Source of the DNA: a virus
Direction: 5' to 3' (one strand)
IMG/VR virus record: IMGVR_UViG_3300042914_002215
DNA: 64,000 nucleotides
Below, in pieces: positions 29,498-37,976 of this stretch. A program made the position numbers and the translations under genes. The first letter of the stretch is position 1; every line of letters begins with the position of its first letter. Under the pieces are notes generated by a model that saw nothing but the letters and a program-made list of their open reading frames with translations, was not told where the DNA came from and searched no databases.

Positions 29498-30685
29498 ATG
29501 GCAACACGTGCTGAAAAACGCCAAGCATTTATTGATGCTATTCTGGCAACTGGTAAGACTCAAGTTACCACTGATGATATTCGTGATATCGTAGAACAAA
29601 CTGGCCTGAAGTGGCCACAGTGGTTCACTAAAGATGAATCATATCGTATCAAGCGTGGTGTGTTCCGTGTTCCTGGTGTCTCCAATGAAGCACCAGAGCC
29701 AATCAATATGGTCGCACAAGTAATACCCATGGCAAAACCTGCTGCTCCTGTTGCTGGCAATCGTATTGCTAATGTGACAACTGATCTTGAAATTGAGAAT
29801 CTGATTCCAACTCAATACAAAAACTATGTACCTTTTGGCAACTTTGAAGATGTGTTGTCAATCGTACAATCTAGTCAATTCTTCCCTGTGTTCATTACTG
29901 GTCAATCTGGTAATGGTAAAACAATGTCAATTGAACAGGCTTGTGCCAAAGCAAAACGCAAATTTGTTTGCGTATCAATGACACCTGACACCGACGAAGG
30001 CGATCTTCTTGGTAACTATGTTCTGATCAACGGTCAGATGGAATGGCGTGATGGTCCTGTCACGGTTGCAGCCCGTCAGGGTGCTGTACTCTGTATTGAT
30101 GAGATTGATTACGGTGCTCAGAATCTTTCCTGTCTCCAACGTGTACTTGAAGGTAAACCATTCTTGCTGAAGAAAAAGAATGAACTGGTTACACCTGCAC
30201 CTGGTTTCACTGTCTTTGCTACTGCTAATACCAAGGGTAAAGGCTCTGAAGATGGTCGTTATATGTTTACCAACGTGTTGAACGAAGCGTTTCTTGAGCG
30301 TTTTCCTAACACTATGGAACAAGATTGGCCGCCGGCTAAGATTGAAGAAAAGATTATCGGCAAAGAACTTGATGCAGTTGGTCGTCCTGATGCATCATTT
30401 GCCAAGAATCTTGTGACATGGGCGAATGCAATTCGTACTACATTTGCCGATGGTGGCTGTGATGAAGTTATCTCCACACGCCGTCTGGTACACATTGTCA
30501 AAACTTTCGGTATCTACAATGATAAAAAGAAAGCGATTGAGTATTGCTTGAATCGTTTTGATGCCGATACTAAGGCTACCTTCTTTGACTTGTATACCAA
30601 AGTTGATGCTGGTGTTGATCCTACTGTCGCACCTCCACATGAAGAGAAGTCTACCGCAACTGAAGGTGAAGAGATTCCATTCTAA
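29498..30685 (+). CDS. MoxR/CobS-like AAA+ ATPase
   Basis: GQSGNGKT, LCIDEID, ATANTKGKG, NEAFLERF, ISTRRL. Confidence 0.9.
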   Translation: MATRAEKRQAFIDAILATGKTQVTTDDIRDIVEQTGLKWPQWFTKDESYRIKRGVFRVPGVSNEAPEPINMVAQVIPMAKPAAPVAGNRIANVTTDLEIENLIPTQYKNYVPFGNFEDVLSIVQSSQFFPVFITGQSGNGKTMSIEQACAKAKRKFVCVSMTPDTDEGDLLGNYVLINGQMEWRDGPVTVAARQGAVLCIDEIDYGAQNLSCLQRVLEGKPFLLKKKNELVTPAPGFTVFATANTKGKGSEDGRYMFTNVLNEAFLERFPNTMEQDWPPAKIEEKIIGKELDAVGRPDASFAKNLVTWANAIRTTFADGGCDEVISTRRLVHIVKTFGIYNDKKKAIEYCLNRFDADTKATFFDLYTKVDAGVDPTVAPPHEEKSTATEGEEIPF

Positions 30686-30707
30686 GGTAATCTTTCACCT
30701 TTACCAG

Positions 30708-30744
30708 AGGGAGTGTTGACACACTCCCTTTTTTTGTCTATAAT
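30708..30744 (+). promoter_or_regulatory. Overlapping intrinsic terminator and sigma70 promoter
   Basis: AGGGAGTGT-TGAC-ACACTCCCT plus T run; TTGACA(30716)-17-TATAAT(30739). Confidence 0.85.
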
Positions 30745-30753
30745 GTAACGTAT

Positions 30754-30796
30754 GTAGAGAAAAGTCGCCTCTACTATTTGATCATTTGGTGCGACT
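30754..30796 (+). ncRNA. Putative H-type pseudoknot in a 5' leader
   Basis: Stem 1 GTAGAG/CTCTAC; loop AGTCGC pairs with downstream GCGACT. Confidence 0.5.
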
Positions 30797-30818
30797 AATT
30801 TTTTATGGAGTAAATTGA

Positions 30819-31082
30819 ATGTCTGCTAAACAGAAAATCCTCAACTATCTTTCTAAAGATTCTGGCTACAACACATTGACTGCTGCTCAGATTCGTTCAC
30901 GTTTCGGTATTACAAATGTTGGTGCACGTATTGAAGAACTACGTGCTGAAGGTCACTGCATCTATACTAACAAGAAAACCCTAAACGACGGTCGTACAAT
31001 CACTGTCTATCGTCTAGGTAAACCTAGCAAGGCAATGGTAGCAGCAGCACACGCTTTGCTTGGCGGACAAGCATTTGCCTAA
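30819..31082 (+). CDS. Small winged helix-turn-helix DNA-binding protein
   Basis: KILNYL...LTAAQIRSRFGI.NVGARIEELRAEGH.I pattern. Confidence 0.7.
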   Translation: MSAKQKILNYLSKDSGYNTLTAAQIRSRFGITNVGARIEELRAEGHCIYTNKKTLNDGRTITVYRLGKPSKAMVAAAHALLGGQAFA

Positions 31083-31100
31083 AAAAGGCTAAAAATCAGC

Positions 31101-31143
31101 AGAGTGAAAGCATATATATTTGTATGTGTTTTCACTCTTTTTT
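31101..31143 (+). terminator. Long hairpin terminator
   Basis: AGAGTGAAA...TTTCACTCT followed by T run. Confidence 0.65.
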
Positions 31144-31154
31144 ATGGATAGATT

Positions 31155-31970
31155 ATGCAACTACAAGTTAACCTTGAACAACTAAGAAAAAATAAACTGT
31201 TCGTTGCTACACCAATGTATGGTGGCATGAACCACGGTTTGTACATGAAGTCATGTCTTGACTTGCAAACCATCATGATACGTTATGGTATCGAAACAAA
31301 ATTCTCCTTTCTCTTCAACGAATCCCTAATCACACGTGCTCGTAATTATCTGGTAGATGAATTTCTGCGTACAGATTTTACACACATGATGTTCATTGAC
31401 TCCGATATTCATTTTGATCCAAATGATATTATTGCATTGATGGCACTTGATAAAGATGTTATCGGTGGTCCTTATCCTAAGAAGTCAATCAATTGGGGTA
31501 ACATTGCTGAGACAGCACGTAAACATCCTGATTTGAATCCAAAAGAACTTGAGAATCTTGTTGGTGAATATGTGTTCAACGTAGTAAAAGGCACACAACA
31601 ATTCCAAGTATCAGAACCTCTAGAAGTTATGGAGATTGGTACAGGTCACATGATGATCAAACGTGGAGTGTTTGATAAGATGAAAGAGGCGTATCCTTTC
31701 ATTCGTTATAAGCCTGATCATATTGGTCAAGCACACTTTGACGGTTCACGTTACATTCACGCATACTTTGATACTGTAATTGATACTACTGATTCATGTG
31801 TGGGTGGTGGTTCTGATCGTTATCTGTCAGAGGATTACATGTTCTGTCAGATGTGGCGCAAGATAGGTGGTCAAGTTTATCTGTGCCCATGGATGAAAAC
31901 TCAACACATTGGTACATACGCATTTACTGGCAACATGCCCGCTGTTGCTCAGTATACTGGTAGACTTTGA
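31155..31970 (+). CDS. GT-A fold glycosyltransferase-like protein
   Basis: ESLITRARN, FIDSDI (DxD), GTGHMMIKR, YLSEDYMFC. Confidence 0.75.
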   Translation: MQLQVNLEQLRKNKLFVATPMYGGMNHGLYMKSCLDLQTIMIRYGIETKFSFLFNESLITRARNYLVDEFLRTDFTHMMFIDSDIHFDPNDIIALMALDKDVIGGPYPKKSINWGNIAETARKHPDLNPKELENLVGEYVFNVVKGTQQFQVSEPLEVMEIGTGHMMIKRGVFDKMKEAYPFIRYKPDHIGQAHFDGSRYIHAYFDTVIDTTDSCVGGGSDRYLSEDYMFCQMWRKIGGQVYLCPWMKTQHIGTYAFTGNMPAVAQYTGRL

Positions 31971-32236
31971 TTGATTACAAATATAGTGAGGACCGTATTC
32001 TTGAAGAAGTAAAAAAATACATCGACAAGACATACGGTCAACACTATTCACTAAACAAATTCCAAACTTCAGAATTCATTATAGACTGTGGGCACGGTGA
32101 AGGATTCTTTATTGGAAATATTATGAAGTATGCACAGCGTTATGGTAAAAAGAATGGCTACAATCGTGATGACTTGATGAAAGTCGTTCACTATGCTATA
32201 ATGGCTTTACATAATCATGACTTGACGAGGAAATAA
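31967..32236 (+). CDS. Conserved phage protein (DUF3310-like)
   Basis: HY, GFFIGNIMKYAQRYGKK, DLMKVVHY. Confidence 0.7.
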   Translation: MIDYKYSEDRILEEVKKYIDKTYGQHYSLNKFQTSEFIIDCGHGEGFFIGNIMKYAQRYGKKNGYNRDDLMKVVHYAIMALHNHDLTRK

Positions 32237-32239
32237 ATT

Positions 32240-32920
32240 ATGAAACTATCTAATGACACAATCACTCTTTTGAAGAACTTTGCTTCAATCAATCAGGGTA
32301 TTCTTTTCAAGAAAGGTAAGACACTCCGTACCGTATCTGCACAAAAGACTGTAATGGCAGAAGCAACTGTCGGTGAAGAGTTTCCTACCGAGTTCGGCGT
32401 GTACGACCTCAACAACTTTCTTTCAGTTCTTTCACTACACAAAGAAGATCCAGTTCTTGACTTTCAAGATAACAGTGTAATTATTTCTGGACTACAGGGT
32501 CGTAGTAAGATCAAGTATCGTTTCTGCATGCCTGGAATGATTGTCACTGCATCTGACAAGCCAATCACAATGCCCGACTGCGAAATCTCATTTGAGTTAA
32601 AGCAGGAAGATTTTGATTGGGCATTGAAAGCAGCTGGTGTTCTTTCATCACCAAATCTTGCAGTCGAATCTGATGGAGAAAAAATCTTTATCACCGCATT
32701 TGATCCTACAAATGATGCTGCACACACGGACTCACTTGAAGTTGCTAAAGGAAATGGCGACACATACAAAATCATTTTCAAACTAGAAAATTTGAAAGTA
32801 ATTTCTGGTAGTTATGATGTCAAGATTTCTTCTAAAGGTATCTCAAACTTCAAACACAAAACACTAAATCTCCAGTATTGGATTGCAACCGAAACTGGTT
32901 CAACATATCAAAAGGGATAA
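32240..32920 (+). CDS. gp45: Sliding clamp
   Basis: MKLSNDTITLLKNFASINQGI, FGVYDLNNFL, YWIATE. Confidence 0.95.
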   Translation: MKLSNDTITLLKNFASINQGILFKKGKTLRTVSAQKTVMAEATVGEEFPTEFGVYDLNNFLSVLSLHKEDPVLDFQDNSVIISGLQGRSKIKYRFCMPGMIVTASDKPITMPDCEISFELKQEDFDWALKAAGVLSSPNLAVESDGEKIFITAFDPTNDAAHTDSLEVAKGNGDTYKIIFKLENLKVISGSYDVKISSKGISNFKHKTLNLQYWIATETGSTYQKG

Positions 32921-32921
32921 T

Positions 32922-33137
32922 ATGGCAAAGTTAGTTCCATTTACAAACGCATCACAAGCATTTGATGGCGATTCTATCTTCATCAATGCCGAAATCGTGG
33001 CATCAGTATTTGAGATTATTGATCCCGATGAAAATGCAAAACTTCAACGATACACAGTCATCTATGGTGTAAACAATGTTGATTGGCGTGTCAAAGAAAG
33101 TTTACTTGAAGTTACAGCAGCATTGAACAACGCTTAA
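32922..33137 (+). CDS. Hypothetical protein
   Basis: SD and ORF between gp45 and gp44. Confidence 0.55.
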   Translation: MAKLVPFTNASQAFDGDSIFINAEIVASVFEIIDPDENAKLQRYTVIYGVNNVDWRVKESLLEVTAALNNA

Positions 33138-33173
33138 TTTTATTTTATATTATGATTTATGTGAAAGGAAACC

Positions 33174-34106
33174 ATGGAACATCTTCTGTGGACAGAAAAG
33201 TATCGCCCGCAAACAGTCGAGGACTGTATCTTACCAGAACGCTTGAAAGCAGTGTTTCAAGAGTATGTGAACCAGAAGCAGATACCAAATCTTCTTCTGG
33301 CTGGTGGAGCGGGCGTAGGCAAGACGACAATCGCCAAAGCCATGTGCAACGAGATCGGTTGCGACTTCATGGTAATCAATGGTTCTGATGAATCGGGTAT
33401 TGATACATTCAGAGTCAAAATCAAAAACTATGCTTCATCAATGTCATTGACTGGTGGCCGTAAGGTCATCATTATTGACGAAGCAGACTATCTAAATCCA
33501 AACTCAACTCAGCCAGCACTACGTAATGCAATTGAAGAGTTTGCAATAAACTGTTCATTCATTTTTACGTGTAACTACAAAAGCAAGATCATTGATCCAC
33601 TTCATAGTCGCTGTGCTGTTGTTGAATTCGGCATGAAGAACGGTGAGAAGCAAAAAATGGCTGCTGCTTTCTTCAAACGCACAACACAGATACTTGATAC
33701 AGAAAAGGTTGAATACGATGAAAAGGTAATTGCTGAAGTAGTCAAGAAGCACTTTCCAGATTTCCGTCGTGTCATCAATGAACTGCAACGCTATTCCAAA
33801 CTCGGCAAGATTGATGTAGGTATTCTTTCTCAGATTGGTGACATTTCTATCTCACAGATTGTCAAACATCTGAAAGAAAAAGACTTTGCATCCGTTCGCA
33901 AGTGGGCAGCCACGACTGATGTTGATAGCACAACATTCTTTCGTAAGTTGTATGATGCACTGTATGATGTGGTAAAGCCTCAGAGCATACCACAAGCCGT
34001 GATCATTCTTGCTGACTATCAGTACAAGCAAGCATTCGTGGCTGATCAAGAAATCAATCTGGTGGCATGTCTGACACAGATTATGGCTGATGTGGAATTC
34101 AAATGA
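33174..34106 (+). CDS. gp44: Clamp loader large subunit
   Basis: LWTEKYRP, GGAGVGKTT, IIIDEAD, PLHSRC. Confidence 0.96.
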   Translation: MEHLLWTEKYRPQTVEDCILPERLKAVFQEYVNQKQIPNLLLAGGAGVGKTTIAKAMCNEIGCDFMVINGSDESGIDTFRVKIKNYASSMSLTGGRKVIIIDEADYLNPNSTQPALRNAIEEFAINCSFIFTCNYKSKIIDPLHSRCAVVEFGMKNGEKQKMAAAFFKRTTQILDTEKVEYDEKVIAEVVKKHFPDFRRVINELQRYSKLGKIDVGILSQIGDISISQIVKHLKEKDFASVRKWAATTDVDSTTFFRKLYDALYDVVKPQSIPQAVIILADYQYKQAFVADQEINLVACLTQIMADVEFK

Positions 34107-34690
34107 TACCAATTGAAGAACTTTTTCAAGATGGTCAGTTTAGTGCATTCATGAATGAAAAGTCCACTAATGCGTGGAAAGGAACATTGTTTGAAAAATA
34201 TTATGAAATTTCTAATCATAACAAAGGAATTTTAGGAGAAAAGATAGCCGCGAAGCACATGAGAAATTTGAATCATGATGTAAGACCTAGAGTGATTGCA
34301 GGACAAGATTTTATGATAGACGGATACAAAACAGAAGTTAAATTAAGTCTTGCACAAAAAGCAATCCAAAATAGATTTGCATTAAATCATATCTCAATGA
34401 AAAAAGATTGGGAAAGATTAATTTTTCTTGGAATAAATTATGATTACTCAAAGTCTAAAATGGTATTCTTCACAAGAGAAGATTTTATAGACTACATGGA
34501 AACCGAAGATTTTCCACTTTTTAGACATCAACAAGGCGGTGAAAAAATAAAAAATGATGATTACTTTTTTATGGGAAATTTCAATAAGTTTTTTTTATTA
34601 GACTTTGTTTATGATATCTCCGAATGGAGAGACAAGAAAGAAAAAAGAGATGGAACAATTAAAAAAGGATTGGAACTTTGGTTCAGTTAG
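34103..34690 (+). CDS. Putative PD-(D/E)XK endonuclease
   Basis: KGILGE...QDFMIDGYKTEVKLS; AT-rich; coupled to MTase. Confidence 0.55.
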   Translation: MIPIEELFQDGQFSAFMNEKSTNAWKGTLFEKYYEISNHNKGILGEKIAAKHMRNLNHDVRPRVIAGQDFMIDGYKTEVKLSLAQKAIQNRFALNHISMKKDWERLIFLGINYDYSKSKMVFFTREDFIDYMETEDFPLFRHQQGGEKIKNDDYFFMGNFNKFFLLDFVYDISEWRDKKEKRDGTIKKGLELWFS

Positions 34691-35688
34691 AAAAATATCT
34701 TAATGTTAGATTTAGTACAAGAAATTTAACAGATGTGGAATTTCATTCTATAGTTGATGATCTTGCAGAATCAATTCAATCCGTAGATTATAAAACATAT
34801 TACTCAGATGATAAGTTGAATAAAGACTGGAATGATTTGAAGAAATGGAAATCATTTGAAACCAATATCAATTCTACTTCCAGAATTGGAATGAAATTGT
34901 GTGAACATTTTTTTCCAAACTTCTATGAAATAGAAGATAATAAAGGAAGAAGTTTCTCAAATAGTTGGACAAAAGAGAATCTAAAAAAAATTCTTGCTTG
35001 GAATAGAAAAAGTCACAGCACACCATATCTTTCTGAATTAAAACGTGGCATATATTTTTGCTGTGGTCTAACAAAGAGTACGATGTATAGACCACAGATG
35101 GCAAAATTGTTATGCATGAATCATAAACCAAATGTTGTTTTAGATCCTTGTGCAGGTTGGGGTGGCAGAATGATGGGTGTTGTTTCTAGTGGTGCAAAAT
35201 ATATTGCGTTTGAACCTAACACAGAGACATACAACAATCTACAGAGATTGGTGCAGTTTCTAAACATTCAAGATCAAGTAACATTAATTTGTGATGATGC
35301 ACTTAAAATGGATCAATACGACATACCTAAAGTAGATATGGTATTGACAAGTCCACCTTACTTTGATGTAGAAGTATATACAAAAGAAAGCACACAGTCT
35401 ATAACAAACATTACAAATTATGAGACTTGGGTGAATGAGTTTTTAGAACCTCTTGTCATCAAAGCAGTTAGTCACTTAAACACTGACGGTGTTAGTTGTT
35501 GGAATGTTGGTAAAGTTGCCAATAAAAATATGGCAGATGACATCAAACGTATACATGATAAGTTAAACTTTAAAAAGATCAATACATTTTCAGTGGTTAG
35601 CAGCAAAAGGCAAGCATTACAAAACGAATCTAAAAATCAAAAGAACTTTGATAATACGGAAGTATTTAAAAATGAGCAATCCATTTGA
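34678..35688 (+). CDS. DNA amino-methyltransferase (N4-C/N6-A)
   Basis: VLDPCAGWGGR motif I and LTSPPYF motif IV. Confidence 0.85.
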   Translation: MVQLEKYLNVRFSTRNLTDVEFHSIVDDLAESIQSVDYKTYYSDDKLNKDWNDLKKWKSFETNINSTSRIGMKLCEHFFPNFYEIEDNKGRSFSNSWTKENLKKILAWNRKSHSTPYLSELKRGIYFCCGLTKSTMYRPQMAKLLCMNHKPNVVLDPCAGWGGRMMGVVSSGAKYIAFEPNTETYNNLQRLVQFLNIQDQVTLICDDALKMDQYDIPKVDMVLTSPPYFDVEVYTKESTQSITNITNYETWVNEFLEPLVIKAVSHLNTDGVSCWNVGKVANKNMADDIKRIHDKLNFKKINTFSVVSSKRQALQNESKNQKNFDNTEVFKNEQSI

Positions 35689-36058
35689 CTATGTAAACTC
35701 CATTCTACAGACCAAGAAACAACTTATTGTAGATGAAATCACAGAGAAGGACTATGTTCCTTTTCTGTCTAATCGTGCTCTGTCCCAGCACAAAGATTGT
35801 CTGGCCTATGCCAATGAGATGAATAGTAGGCACTACCTGGATAAGAAGCTACAATTTGACTATTTACTAAATACTGTCAGGTCTATGAAAAGACCATTTG
35901 CGAAGTGGGCAAAGGCAGAAAAAAACGATGATTTGGAATGTGTAAAATTGGTCTATGGCCTTTCCGACTCCAAAGCACGTGATGCTTTGCGCCTACTAAG
36001 CAAAGAACAAATCCAAAAACTAAAAGAACAAACCTTCACGGGTGGGTTAGGAAAATGA
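35672..36058 (+). CDS. gp62: Clamp loader small subunit
   Basis: PFDYVNSI, YVPFLSNRALS, ANEMN, LQFDYLLN. Confidence 0.92.
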   Translation: MSNPFDYVNSILQTKKQLIVDEITEKDYVPFLSNRALSQHKDCLAYANEMNSRHYLDKKLQFDYLLNTVRSMKRPFAKWAKAEKNDDLECVKLVYGLSDSKARDALRLLSKEQIQKLKEQTFTGGLGK

Positions 36059-36059
36059 C

Positions 36060-36464
36060 ATGGTTGATTTATCTAAATTTGTCGAAGTCACCTTGCCTAA
36101 ACAAGATGACTTTCTAAAAGTACGTGAGACACTAACACGCATTGGTGTCTCAAGTCGGAAAGAAAAGGTACTCTATCAATCTTGCCATATACTGCATAAG
36201 CAAGGCAAGTATTATATTGTACATTTCAAAGAACTGTTTGCACTAGACGGTAAGCTATCAACGATTACCGAGAATGATATACAAAGACGTAACGCTATTG
36301 CCAATTTATTAGAAGAATGGGGCTTGCTAAAGATTGTAAACTATGATATAGTAGAACATAACATGGCACCAATTCATCAGATTAAGATCATTGCTTTCAA
36401 AGAAAAGGATGATTGGGAACTGATTGCTAAATACAATATAGGTAAAAAAGGTAAAGTAGATTAA
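36060..36464 (+). CDS. regA: Translational repressor RegA
   Basis: DDFLKVRETLTRIGV, LYQSCHILHKQGKYYIVHFKELFALDG. Confidence 0.97.
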   Translation: MVDLSKFVEVTLPKQDDFLKVRETLTRIGVSSRKEKVLYQSCHILHKQGKYYIVHFKELFALDGKLSTITENDIQRRNAIANLLEEWGLLKIVNYDIVEHNMAPIHQIKIIAFKEKDDWELIAKYNIGKKGKVD

Positions 36465-36476
36465 TGGTGATATATC

Positions 36477-36659
36477 ATGAGCAAAGTGAAAAAGAATCCA
36501 GTGAAACTGATTAACAAGTATACCAAAGAAGAAGTGTATACTCGGGATTACGATGATGTGATCAAAGAAGGCTCTAATGAGTTTATCAAAGTGTTTAATC
36601 AAAGTAATCCACAAAGAACTTATCTTGTCAATCGGACAGCATTTTCGATTGCCAAGTAA
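36477..36659 (+). CDS. Hypothetical protein
   Basis: 60-aa ORF after regA. Confidence 0.55.
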   Translation: MSKVKKNPVKLINKYTKEEVYTRDYDDVIKEGSNEFIKVFNQSNPQRTYLVNRTAFSIAK

Positions 36660-36661
36660 GT

Positions 36662-36717
36662 CGTGATGCCTAATGGATCACGTTGCTTTTAACTTGCTTA
36701 AAAAGGAGAAAAAAATG
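36662..36717 (+). promoter_or_regulatory. ROSE-like RNA thermometer leader of hsp20
   Basis: CGTGAT...ATCACG hairpin, then CTTGCTT pairing with AAGGAG SD with a bulged G. Confidence 0.5.
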
Positions 36718-37194
36718 ACAGTAGGACGTATTGCTTTTGGACCTTTGTTCCATCAAACTCTTGGTTTTGAAAAGTTCATTCATGATGTTGAGAGCATTCT
36801 GAATGATACTAAACCTGTAACAAACTTTCCTCCACATAACATCATCAAACTTGATGATAATAAGTATGTGGTTGAACTTGCTGTTGCTGGTTTTGGTAAA
36901 GATGAAATTGATATTCAAGTGCAAGAAAATACCTTGACTATCAAAGGTGAGAAGGCCGAAGGCACACCAAATCTTGAATATCTACATCGTGGTATTGGCA
37001 CTCGTTCTTTCACTAAAACAATCACTATTGCTGACACCATTGAAGTAAAAGGTGCAGAATACAAAGATGGTATTCTACGTGTTGGGTTAGAGAATATCGT
37101 ACCTGAACATAAGAAACCACGCAAGATTGAAATTGGTAATGAACTAAAAACATTCCAGCCACAACTTTTACAAGAAGAAAAGAAGGCTGCGTAA
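36715..37194 (+). CDS. Small heat shock protein (IbpA-like)
   Basis: FPPHNIIK, ELAVAGF, YLHRGIGTRSF, A.YKDGIL. Confidence 0.93.
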   Translation: MTVGRIAFGPLFHQTLGFEKFIHDVESILNDTKPVTNFPPHNIIKLDDNKYVVELAVAGFGKDEIDIQVQENTLTIKGEKAEGTPNLEYLHRGIGTRSFTKTITIADTIEVKGAEYKDGILRVGLENIVPEHKKPRKIEIGNELKTFQPQLLQEEKKAA

Positions 37195-37197
37195 TAG

Positions 37198-37217
37198 AGT
37201 GGGGCGCAAGCCCCACT
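37198..37217 (+). terminator. GC-rich hairpin with GNRA loop after hsp20
   Basis: AGTGGGGC-GCAA-GCCCCACT; weak T tract. Confidence 0.55.
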
Positions 37218-37236
37218 TGTTGAAAAAAGGTATATA

Positions 37237-37812
37237 ATGGATAAAGACTTACGATCATATCTCAAAATCTATTCTGATTGGCTCACACCAGAAGTGTGTG
37301 AAGAGACTGTTGATGAACTTGAAAAAATAGAAGGACAGTTTCAGACACACGCTTTCTATGACTATCACAATGATAGCCACCATTCTTACAATAATGAATT
37401 GTCTGTCACATGGTCAAACGTGAGACACAAAGAATACATCATGAAAAGAATATGGGAGGGTCTACAAAGATATCATCAAGAACTTACAGCATGGGGTTGC
37501 ACATGGTATTCTTCATGGCAAGGTTATACAGAAGTTCGTTTTAATCGTTATCGTGAAGATACAAACATGAAATTACATTGTGATCACATTCATTCAATGT
37601 TTGATGGGCAACGAAAAGGCATTCCAACATTGACTGTTCTTGGTGGTTTAAATAATGGATATGAAGGTGGTGATCTTGTATTTTGGGAAGATACTCATAT
37701 AACTTTGAAATCCGGTGAGATAATGATATTCCCATCAAATTTTCTTTATCCACACAGAGTTGATATGGTGACAAAGGGTACACGATACTCATATGTTTCT
37801 TGGACATGGTAA
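37237..37812 (+). CDS. 2OG-Fe(II) oxygenase (prolyl-4-hydroxylase-like)
   Basis: HCD, YEGGDL, FPSNFLYPHRV, G.RYS. Confidence 0.88.
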   Translation: MDKDLRSYLKIYSDWLTPEVCEETVDELEKIEGQFQTHAFYDYHNDSHHSYNNELSVTWSNVRHKEYIMKRIWEGLQRYHQELTAWGCTWYSSWQGYTEVRFNRYREDTNMKLHCDHIHSMFDGQRKGIPTLTVLGGLNNGYEGGDLVFWEDTHITLKSGEIMIFPSNFLYPHRVDMVTKGTRYSYVSWTW

Positions 37813-37976
37813 TGAAATCTAATTCAAATTTTAAAATGAATAAAGCATTGAAGATATCACTTTCTTCAATGTCGGGTGAGCGTAAGCGTGATTACAAACA
37901 AGAGATGATCAAAGCAATCATTGCTCCACGCATCGAATTCAAAAAGAAAGCAAAAGTAGAGACAACAGATGAATGA
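37812..37976 (+). CDS. Small basic hypothetical protein (54 aa, not in ORF track)
   Basis: MKSNSNFKMNKALK...; overlaps both neighbours. Confidence 0.55.
   Translation: MKSNSNFKMNKALKISLSSMSGERKRDYKQEMIKAIIAPRIEFKKKAKVETTDE

Noticed and set aside
29498-30685. cobS as a cobalamin biosynthesis gene supporting the B12 radical SAM enzyme
   Set aside because: It is the widespread T4-like MoxR AAA+ paired with a vWA protein; no cobN or other cob genes are present.
37237-37812. TET/JBP dioxygenase partner for the TAGT-like enzyme
   Set aside because: Sequence resembles the common phage prolyl-4-hydroxylase-like family and is about 10 kb away.
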